Source: Planctomycetota bacterium | Lineage (GTDB): Bacteria > Planctomycetota > B15-G4 > JADJEK01 | Length of the DNA stretch: 61,242 nt | Direction of reading: 5' to 3' | Assembly: GCA_044225365.1 (NCBI GenBank) | Contig: JBGAIQ010000030.1 | Location: 1-61,242 of the forward strand | Part shown: one piece after another, positions 37,176 to 45,117 of the stretch | Layout of the letters: every line of letters begins with the position of its first letter | How positions within the stretch are numbered: position 1 is the stretch's first letter | Notes under the pieces: generated by a model | The model's input: only the letters and a program-made list of their open reading frames with translations | Told to the model about the DNA's origin: nothing | The model's database searches: none | Program-made: the position numbers and the translations under genes

Positions 37176-39170
37176 ATGAGAAGAAGAGACCAGAGCGCGA
37201 GAAGCGACCACGGCAGGACTTCGACCTGGGCTCCCCCGACCGGCGCGCGTTCCGTCGTGTGGGGCGGTCTCGCGCTGATCCTCTTTGCGATCGGTCCACG
37301 AGCCCGCGGCAGCGACGATGCGGTCGCAGCGATGTTCACCAAGTTCTTCGCGCAGCAGAAGACTCCGGTCGAGTCGATCGACATCGGTCGCTCGACGCAG
37401 GGACATGCGATCACGGCGCTGCGCGCGGGCAAGAAGGATGCGCCCGCATTGCTCGTCGTCGCGGGTGAGGACGGTCGGCATCGCGCGGGTCCGGAGATCG
37501 CGCTCGCGGCGCTCTCGGAGCTGATGGCGTCGCAGCCCGCTCTGCTCGAGAAGACGGCCGTCTACTTCGTGCCCTGCCTCAATCCCGATGCGTACCTCCG
37601 AGTGATCGCAGCGCGCTCGCAGCCTCCGGTGGCGAAGGCGCCGGTCGAGGACGGCGGGGCACTGCGGCCCTACGACGACGATCGCGACGGAGTGGCCGAC
37701 GAGGATCCGGCGTGCGACCTGAACAAGGACGGCGCCGTGACGTGGATGCGGGTCTTCGATCCGAAGCCGCCCTACGAACGAACGCACGTCGTCGATCCTT
37801 CGGATCCGCGCAAATCGCGTGAAGCCGATCGCGCGAAGGGCGAGGTACCGCAATTCGCTCTCCTGCGCGAGAGCGAGGACAAGGACGGCGACGGACGATT
37901 CGGTGAGGACGCGATCGGCGGTGTCGACCTCGACAAGAACTTCCCGCACGCGTTCGTCGAGGCCGGAGCGCGCTCGGGTCCATGGGCGCTGTCGGAGCCG
38001 GAGACGCGATCGCTGGTCGACTGGATGCTGGCCCGCGAGGACATCGAAGGCGTCCTCGTGATCGGGACGAGCGACAACCTCGTGAACCTGCCCGAGGCCG
38101 GGAAGACGGACATCACGAAGCGAGCGCCGAATTCGTTCGACCGTGCCGACCAGACCTACGCCGTCGAGATCCAGAAGAAGGCCCTCGAACTCACGGGCTG
38201 GAAGAAGGCGAAGGTGGCGACGGTGGAGGGCGCTCTTCATTCCTGGGCCTACGCGCAGTACGGCGTGCTCGCCTTCACCCTCGATCTCACGCGGGATCCG
38301 GCGCGCGACAATCCTTCCGCGCCGTCCGCCACCGACGCCGAGAAGGGCGGAAAGGACAAGGCCGAGAAGAAGGACGGCGATGCGGGCAAGGCGCCGGCTC
38401 CGACGGCGAGCGCGGAGACGCCCGCTGCGCCCCCGACGACGGCTCCTCCCTCGCAGGCGGGCACTCCGCCGACGGGTGGCGCCGGACCCGGAGCAGGCCG
38501 CGGTCCTGGAGGCGGGGGCGGACGCCGCGGCGGCGGCCGTGGTCCCGGCGGCGGCTTCGGAGGTGGCTTCGGCGGCGGTGCGCAGGGCGGCGCGGACGAA
38601 GCGGCGCCTTCGGCGAAGGACGATACCGACGCCGCGCTGTTCGACGCCGCGGTCAAGGAGGGCAAGGGCTTCGTCGCCTACACGAAATTCGATCACCCGC
38701 AGCTCGGCGCGGTCGAGATCGGCGGGCTCACCGACGACTTCAAGTTGAATCCTCCCGAGTCGGCCTGGCCGGAACTCGGCAAGAAGGTCGCCCTCGTGGC
38801 GAGCGAGATGTTGAAGCGCCTTCCACATCTCACACTCGGCAAGCCGAAGGTCGATGTGCTCGGCGACGGGGTCTTCCGCATCGTTCTCGAGGCGACGAAC
38901 GACGGCGGCCTTCCGATTCCGCTCGCGATCGGCGAGCGACTGCGCCGCAAGGGTCAGGTCGCGATGCGACTCGAACTCCCGCGCGAACGCATTCCCTCGG
39001 GGCGGATCGTCCAGACGCTGCCGACGCTCGTCGCGAGTGGTGGTCACGCGAGCGCCGAGTGGATGGTGCTCGGCAAACCCGACGAGACGGTGACGATCAC
39101 GGTGCGCGCGCCGCAGATCGGAGTGCAGAAGCTCGATGTGAAACTGACCGCGACCGGAGGTGAAAGATGA
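37176..39170 (+). CDS. M14 carboxypeptidase-like protein with degenerate zinc site
   Basis: SIDIGRSTQG, P.LNPD, D.D.DG..DED loops, GVDLDKNFP and SEPETR; HxxE is replaced by DGRH. Confidence 0.85.
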   Translation: MRRRDQSARSDHGRTSTWAPPTGARSVVWGGLALILFAIGPRARGSDDAVAAMFTKFFAQQKTPVESIDIGRSTQGHAITALRAGKKDAPALLVVAGEDGRHRAGPEIALAALSELMASQPALLEKTAVYFVPCLNPDAYLRVIAARSQPPVAKAPVEDGGALRPYDDDRDGVADEDPACDLNKDGAVTWMRVFDPKPPYERTHVVDPSDPRKSREADRAKGEVPQFALLRESEDKDGDGRFGEDAIGGVDLDKNFPHAFVEAGARSGPWALSEPETRSLVDWMLAREDIEGVLVIGTSDNLVNLPEAGKTDITKRAPNSFDRADQTYAVEIQKKALELTGWKKAKVATVEGALHSWAYAQYGVLAFTLDLTRDPARDNPSAPSATDAEKGGKDKAEKKDGDAGKAPAPTASAETPAAPPTTAPPSQAGTPPTGGAGPGAGRGPGGGGGRRGGGRGPGGGFGGGFGGGAQGGADEAAPSAKDDTDAALFDAAVKEGKGFVAYTKFDHPQLGAVEIGGLTDDFKLNPPESAWPELGKKVALVASEMLKRLPHLTLGKPKVDVLGDGVFRIVLEATNDGGLPIPLAIGERLRRKGQVAMRLELPRERIPSGRIVQTLPTLVASGGHASAEWMVLGKPDETVTITVRAPQIGVQKLDVKLTATGGER

Positions 39171-40900
39171 GATCGTTCCCGTTGTTCTCCCTCCTCGCGG
39201 TTGCGAGCCTCTTCGTCTCCCCGCTCGGAATCGCGCAGCAGCCGATGGCGTCGAAGGTCGACATCGCCTTCAACCGGTTCTACCGCTACGACGAAGTGCT
39301 CGATCTCCTGCGCAAGCTCGAGCAGGCCTATCCGAATCTCGTCTCGCTGCGCACGATCGGTCGTTCCCTCGAAGGGCGCGATCTCGTCGTGGCGACGATC
39401 ACGAATCAGAAGACTCGCACCGAGCTCGAAAAGCCGGCGATGTGGATCGATGCGAACGTGCATGGTAACGAGATCCAGGGCACCGAGATCGTTCTGTACA
39501 CCGCGCACTTCCTCACGCGGGCCTACGGCGTGATCCCCGAGTTCACGAAGCTGCTCGACGAGAATTGCTTCTACCTGCTGCCGTCGCAGAATCCCGACGG
39601 TCGCAGCTACTGGTTCGAGGCGCCGAACACCAGCAGCAGCAGCCGCTCCGGCGCGCGCCCGATCGACAACGACGGCGACGGCCTCTTCGACGAGGACCCG
39701 CCGAACGACCTCGACGGCGACGGCTCGATCACGACGATGTGGAAGCGCGATGTCGAAGGCGACTTCGTGCGCGATCCCTCCGATCCGCGCGGGTTCAAGC
39801 GCGTCGACGCGAAGGAGCCCGGCGAGCGCTGGCGCATGGCGGGTTCCGAAGGCATCGACGACGACATGGACGGCCTCATCAACGAGGATCCGAAGGGCGG
39901 CGACGACCTCAACCGCAACTGGCCGCGCGATTGGCAGCCGAACTACATCCAAGGCGGTTCGGCGAACTATCCGCTCTCGCAGCCCGAGCCGCGCGCGATT
40001 GCGGAGTTCTTCGTCGCGCATCCGAACATCGCGGGAGTGCAGAGCTACCACAACAACGGTGGCATGATCCTGCGCGGTCCTGGCGCCGACTATCTCGACT
40101 CGACGTATCCCGGCGCCGACATCGCCGTCTACGACGAACTCGGGAAGCTCGGCGAGAAGCTGCTGCCGTACTACAAGTACATGGTGATCTGGAAGGATCT
40201 CTACACGGTGCACGGCGGCTTCGTGAACTGGACTGCCGAAGGCCTCGGCATCATCAGCTTCACGAACGAGCTGTGGAACGATTCGGAGTACTTCCAGCGC
40301 GACGGTGCGAGCGACGACGCGTCCGACAAGATCGCGCGCGACAAGCTGCTGTTCGGGCAGACGTTCACCGAATACAAGGAATTCGATCACCCCACGCTCG
40401 GCAAGGTCTTGATCGGCGGCAGTACGAAGTATGGTTCGCGTGTGACGCCGGCGTTCCTCATGGAGCAGGAGTGCCATCGCAACTTCGCGTTCACGATCGC
40501 GCAGGCGGAGGCGATGCCCAAGCTGAAATGGGCGCGTCATGAGTTCAAGGAACTCGGCGGCGGACTGTTCCAACTCACGATCGAGGTCGAGAACGAGAAC
40601 CTGGTCCCGACGCGAACGCGAATCGCGGTGGATCGAAAGGTCGGCGCTCCGGATCGCCTGACGGTTCGCGAGTCGGCCGGAGTGCGTGTGGTCGCGGGAG
40701 GCAGTTGCTTCCGCTTCAGCGACGAGACGTTCGATCCGGTGCGGACGCGACCGTCCACCCTCGTCCTCGACGACGGCATCGGGAGCAAAGGGAAGCGAGT
40801 CTTTCGCTTCCTGCTCCACATCGACCGCGGCGCGAGCGTTCACCTCGATTACGCGTCGGAGAAGGCGACCGATATCGCACTCGATCTGAAGCTCGAATGA
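39167..40900 (+). CDS. Secreted M14 zinc carboxypeptidase
   Basis: IGRSLEGR; NVHGNE; NPDGR; DLNRNW; QSYH; FTNEL; ATGA overlap with the upstream paralog. Confidence 0.92.
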   Translation: MRSFPLFSLLAVASLFVSPLGIAQQPMASKVDIAFNRFYRYDEVLDLLRKLEQAYPNLVSLRTIGRSLEGRDLVVATITNQKTRTELEKPAMWIDANVHGNEIQGTEIVLYTAHFLTRAYGVIPEFTKLLDENCFYLLPSQNPDGRSYWFEAPNTSSSSRSGARPIDNDGDGLFDEDPPNDLDGDGSITTMWKRDVEGDFVRDPSDPRGFKRVDAKEPGERWRMAGSEGIDDDMDGLINEDPKGGDDLNRNWPRDWQPNYIQGGSANYPLSQPEPRAIAEFFVAHPNIAGVQSYHNNGGMILRGPGADYLDSTYPGADIAVYDELGKLGEKLLPYYKYMVIWKDLYTVHGGFVNWTAEGLGIISFTNELWNDSEYFQRDGASDDASDKIARDKLLFGQTFTEYKEFDHPTLGKVLIGGSTKYGSRVTPAFLMEQECHRNFAFTIAQAEAMPKLKWARHEFKELGGGLFQLTIEVENENLVPTRTRIAVDRKVGAPDRLTVRESAGVRVVAGGSCFRFSDETFDPVRTRPSTLVLDDGIGSKGKRVFRFLLHIDRGASVHLDYASEKATDIALDLKLE

Positions 40901-41297
40901 GCGATTCTTCGCTCGCGACGAAAGAAGCCGGCCGCGGCGTGCACCGCGGGATCGATGGGCTACACTGCGTACACGACACCCGAGCCGGCGACGAATCGTA
41001 GAGGTTCGCGGCTTGCCGATTCCGCGATGAAGGGCGTGGACCCCAGCGTTCCGCCGCCGGACTTCGGGCGAGTGCTCAGGATTTCGCTGCGGGAGCGACG
41101 GTCTCCTGCCGATCTCATGGGTAGGGACGGGCGGCGCTGACGCCGGACGTTTCCTCTTTGGCAGAACGACTCGATCTTGGTGTGGTGCCAGGCCCGCTCT
41201 TTCTCGCCTGGTGACGCGCCTGACCGCGCGGCTTTCGATTCGTCCCCGCGCGGCCGTTCGGCTCGACGAACCCTCGTTCCATCGAGGGAGGTCTCGA

Positions 41298-42356
41298 ATG
41301 CTGCACGTTACGCTTTCGGTCAAACACGGGATCCGCGACGAGAACCTCGAACGACTGTTCGAGCGCATACGGGAGAAGGTAGTGGAGCGACTGAACGGCG
41401 AGTGCCTCGATCAGGTCTCGCTCCACGCCGAAGTCGAACTGAGCTCGCATCGTCGCGAGGGAATGGCGCGGCTCACCCTCGACCTTCCTGGTGGCGCACT
41501 ACACGCCGACGCACGCGGCCGCAGTCATCTCCAGGCGCTGCGAATGGCGAACGACGCGCTGCTCTCCGAGTTGAAGACGCGGCGTCGAAAGGACCGTGAG
41601 CGAGAGCGCGACGCGACGACCATACGGCCCGTGAATGGGCATTCGGCCGACATCGGGGTGGGCGATTCCACCGCCAAGATCGAGCCCGATCTCGCACAGC
41701 GCGTTGCGGAGACGATGCCGGAGCTCCACTCGTTCGTGCGACGCGAGATCGCGCTCCACGCGGAGGATGGACTCACCGCGTCACCTCCGATCGAATCCGA
41801 CGATGTCGTCGACGAAGCGCTGCTGCAAGCACTCGCGACCCACGCGAATTGCCCCGACGACGTGCCCTTCGATCGCTACGTCTTCAGTTGCGCGTTCGAC
41901 GTCATCCTCGCCGAGATCGAGCGCCGGAGGAACGAACGGCAAGCGGACTCGCTCGAGAGCGAGATCTCGACGAATCGGTCGTTCGCGGCATTCGACACGC
42001 TCTGCGTCCTCGATTCGCTCCAGGAGACCGATGCGGCGTCGGACGACGCGATGGATGGCGCGATGGGAGATTCCCCGGCAATGCGGATTCCCCGAACGCT
42101 CGGCGAAGCTCTCGCCGACGACCGCGCTCGCGCCGGCGACGTGGAACTCGTCGGCCGGGATCTGCGCTACGCGGTCATGAGCGCGATTCGTCACCTTCCG
42201 CTCGATGAACGTCGCGCCCTGTCGCTCGTCGCGTTCCAGGGTCTGCCCGTTCCCGAGGCGGGACGGCGAATGCAGCGGAGTCCGCTCGAAGTCACGACGT
42301 TGATGGAGCAGGCGCGCATCGACGTGCGTCGCGAACTCCTGGCGAAGGGGTACTGA
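41298..42356 (+). CDS. Fusion of an HPF/RaiA(S30AE)-like domain with sigma70/ECF region 2- and 4-like domains
   Basis: GGGAGG SD; N-terminal RLTLDLPGGALHADA.......ALRMA.DAL..ELK; central L.SFVRRE....DDVVDEALL.A; C-terminal AI..LP.DERRAL.LV..QGL...EA...M.RS. Confidence 0.72.
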   Translation: MLHVTLSVKHGIRDENLERLFERIREKVVERLNGECLDQVSLHAEVELSSHRREGMARLTLDLPGGALHADARGRSHLQALRMANDALLSELKTRRRKDRERERDATTIRPVNGHSADIGVGDSTAKIEPDLAQRVAETMPELHSFVRREIALHAEDGLTASPPIESDDVVDEALLQALATHANCPDDVPFDRYVFSCAFDVILAEIERRRNERQADSLESEISTNRSFAAFDTLCVLDSLQETDAASDDAMDGAMGDSPAMRIPRTLGEALADDRARAGDVELVGRDLRYAVMSAIRHLPLDERRALSLVAFQGLPVPEAGRRMQRSPLEVTTLMEQARIDVRRELLAKGY

Positions 42357-42402
42357 AAGCGCACCATTGCGAGGACCCTTCGGGTTCGATCGAATCGTCG
42401 CG

Positions 42403-43986
42403 ATGGCGAACGAACACAGAGAGCACGACCTCGTCGCGGCTGCGCTCTACTCCGAGCTGCTTTCCGCCATCACCGAGGAGATGGGCTCGCATCTGCGGCG
42501 GGCGGCGTTCTCGCCCAACATCAAGGAACGTCGCGACTACTCGTGCGCGCTGTTCCTCGGCGACGGAACGCTTGTGGCGCAGGCCGCGCACATCCCGGTG
42601 CATCTCGGCTCGTCGTCGCTCTCGGTGCGCGCCGTCCTCGCGTCGCTCGAACTCGAGGAGGGCGACGAAGCGATCCTGAACGATCCGTTTGCCGGCGGGA
42701 CGCATCTGCCCGACGTCACGCTCGTGCGGCCGGTGTACCTGAAGAAGGGGCGCGGCCGAAGGAACGCACCCGACTTCTTCCTGCTCAACCGCGCTCATCA
42801 CGCCGACATCGGCGGAGCGACGCCGGGCTCGATGGGGCTCGCGCGCGACGTCCACGCCGAGGGCTTTCGGATCCCGCCCGTCCATTTCGTGCGAGGAGGC
42901 GAGTTGAGTCGGGACTTCGCGACGCTCTTTCGTGCCCAAGTGCGCCAGAGCGAGGAACGATTCGCCGACCTCGTCGCGCAGCGCGCGGCGAACACGCTCG
43001 GCGAGAGTCGGCTTCGCGATCTTGCGATGCGAGAGTCGCTGCCGCGACTCGTCGAGGGTGCCCGCGCGTTGCCCCTCGCCACGGCGTTCGCCATGCGGCA
43101 AGCGTTGTCGAGGCTCGCGCGGGGAGTCCATCGCTTCGAAGATCGCCTGGACGGCGACGGATTCTCCGATCGACCGATCCGCATCCGGCTCGCGCTCACG
43201 ATCGCGCGCGGCGGCGCGACGTTCGACTTCCGCGGGAGCGACGAGCAAGTCGACGGTCCGGTCAATGCGAACCTCGCGATCACGCTCTCCTGCGTGGGGT
43301 ACGCACTGCGTTGCCTGCTGGCGGGATCGGCGCCCTTCAACGACGGCGTACTCGAGCCGGTGCGGGTGATCGCTCCAAAAGGTTCCATCGTCAACGCCGT
43401 GGCTCCCGCCGCGGTTGCGGCGGGTAACGTCGAGACGTCCCAGCGTATCGTCGACGTCGTGTTCGGAGCGCTTTCCAAGGCATTGCCCGCGCGAGTCGGT
43501 GCGGCGTCGGCGGGCACGATGAGCAACACGAGTTTCGGCAACTCGCGCTTCACCTACTACGAGACGATGGGTGGCGGCAGCGGCGCCACCGCGATGGCAG
43601 ACGGCGCGAGTGCGGTGCAGACCCACATGACGAACACCCTCAACACGCCGATCGAGATGCTGGAGGTGAGTTGCCCGCTCCGCGTCGTGCGTTATGCGAT
43701 ACGACGCGGATCCGGCGGACGCGGCGCGCACCGCGGCGGCGACGGCATCGTTCGGGAGTTCGAGGCGCGAGAGCCGATGGTGGCTTCGTTGCTCGCGGAG
43801 CGCCATGCTCGGGGACCCTACGGCCTGAACGGCGGTCGCGCGGGTCGCGCCGGCGCGGCGAGCGTGCGACGCGCGGGGTCGCGGGCGAAGGAGAAGGTGC
43901 CCGCGAAAGCGACGCTGGCGTTGCGTCGCGGTGATGTGTTGTGCGTCGAGACGCCGGGCGGTGGTGGACACGGAGTGGAACGATGA
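42403..43986 (+). CDS. Hydantoinase B/oxoprolinase-family protein
   Basis: EEMG..L.RAAFSPNIKERRDYSCALF; HIPVHLGS; NDPFAGGTHLPD; GNVETSQR; HMTNTLNTP.E; TPGGGGHG. Confidence 0.95.
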   Translation: MANEHREHDLVAAALYSELLSAITEEMGSHLRRAAFSPNIKERRDYSCALFLGDGTLVAQAAHIPVHLGSSSLSVRAVLASLELEEGDEAILNDPFAGGTHLPDVTLVRPVYLKKGRGRRNAPDFFLLNRAHHADIGGATPGSMGLARDVHAEGFRIPPVHFVRGGELSRDFATLFRAQVRQSEERFADLVAQRAANTLGESRLRDLAMRESLPRLVEGARALPLATAFAMRQALSRLARGVHRFEDRLDGDGFSDRPIRIRLALTIARGGATFDFRGSDEQVDGPVNANLAITLSCVGYALRCLLAGSAPFNDGVLEPVRVIAPKGSIVNAVAPAAVAAGNVETSQRIVDVVFGALSKALPARVGAASAGTMSNTSFGNSRFTYYETMGGGSGATAMADGASAVQTHMTNTLNTPIEMLEVSCPLRVVRYAIRRGSGGRGAHRGGDGIVREFEAREPMVASLLAERHARGPYGLNGGRAGRAGAASVRRAGSRAKEKVPAKATLALRRGDVLCVETPGGGGHGVER

Positions 43987-44525
43987 GGATGTCGAAGGTC
44001 GTGCCCGCAATGTCGTCGGTGATCGCGTGCGGGCTCCTCGCATTCACGGGGGCCGGGTGTACGCCGAGCGTCGACTACGAGAACGTCGAGGGGATCGAGC
44101 ATTCCGACGACGAGTTCTTTCGTTACGTCGATTATCCCGACACGTCGGTCGATGTCGCGTTCTCGACGGTCGAGCGCCTCGTGCGTACGCACTTCGCCGG
44201 ATCGCGGGTGATGATCGACCGCGAGCGCCACACCCTGGAGACGGAGCCGCGCCCGTTCGCGAGCGTGCCGCAGCGCATCACGTTCTTCGCGCAGGTCACC
44301 GAACGCGAGGCGGCGGCGCGAGTCGAGCTCTTCGCCAAGGTGGACCGTCTCGTCGAGGACGCGAAGAAGAGTCCCACGAACCCCTGGAAGTACATCGGCG
44401 CCGATGCGCGTCTCGAGAACCAGGTGTTCGAGGAACTATGGGACGCGCTCGTCGTGAGCAAGCGGGTGAAGGTGGGCGAGACGGCGCCTGCACTGCCCCA
44501 TGCGGAGCCATCGACGAAGCCCTGA
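43983..44525 (+). CDS. Hypothetical lipoprotein
   Basis: ATGA overlap with the upstream gene; LLAFTGAG-C lipobox-like signal. Confidence 0.72.
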   Translation: MRMSKVVPAMSSVIACGLLAFTGAGCTPSVDYENVEGIEHSDDEFFRYVDYPDTSVDVAFSTVERLVRTHFAGSRVMIDRERHTLETEPRPFASVPQRITFFAQVTEREAAARVELFAKVDRLVEDAKKSPTNPWKYIGADARLENQVFEELWDALVVSKRVKVGETAPALPHAEPSTKP

Positions 44526-44557
44526 GCCTCGAGGCGGAAGACGGGATTTTGCAAGGG

Positions 44558-44582
44558 AAAGGGGGCGGACGAATCCGCCCCC
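44558..44582 (-). terminator. Intrinsic terminator-like hairpin
   Basis: Minus strand GGGGGCGGA-TTCG-TCCGCCCCC-TTT: 9-bp stem, UUCG loop, short U tail. Confidence 0.7.
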
Positions 44583-44590
44583 TACACTGG

Positions 44591-44767
44591 GATGAGGCTT
44601 GACGTACCCACAAGGGGCCCGCCGGCCAGCTTGCGACTAGGTAGGTAGCCTCCGTGGGTCGTAACTGCCGTTCATGAGCAAGACCACCTCCTTTCGTAAC
44701 AGGGCCACGTCGCACTCCCAGGCACCACACCCACGGCAGGGTGATCTGGCCAGAAGGCGACCTCTCA
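44591..44767 (-). ncRNA. Candidate structured RNA (long interrupted rod, 6S-like size) containing a strong SD and a 12-codon ORF
   Basis: Nested stems read by eye on the minus strand: CTGGCCAG/CTGGCCGG, CCGTGGGT/ACCCACGG, TGCC/GGCA, GAGTGCGAC/GTCTTGCTC; intergenic; followed by the terminator. Confidence 0.55.
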
Positions 44768-45117
44768 CGACACGTCGCGCTGCGTAGCGCGACACGACGC
44801 AAGGGTCCTACACGGATCCCTGCGGCCCGAGGCTCCCCGTTCGGATTCAGCGCTTTGCGCCATCGTCGCGGTCGGCCTCGGAGTCATTTCGAGTCGTCTG
44901 CGATGCGTCTTCGCGTCCATCGACGCGGTCGATGCATCGCCCGCTAAGAATTGAATCGGAGATTTCGGTCTCCGTCCACAGCGAAAAAGTAGCCGATGTT
45001 CGCGGGACCGCCAAATCGCCAGCAGAAACTTCGTGCAGGCCAGGGGATTCCGTTTCAGCAGAGCACGCGGGATGAATTTGGGAAGCGCGGACGTCCGGGA
45101 TATCGTGGGCCCCCGAT

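Noticed and set aside
40897-41140. Short ORFs after the M14 pair
   Set aside because: No SD, motif or compositional support.
44774-44793. Hairpin GTCGCGCT-GCGT-AGCGCGAC
   Set aside because: No U-tail and a single copy; it may belong to the neighbouring RNA but cannot be assigned on its own.
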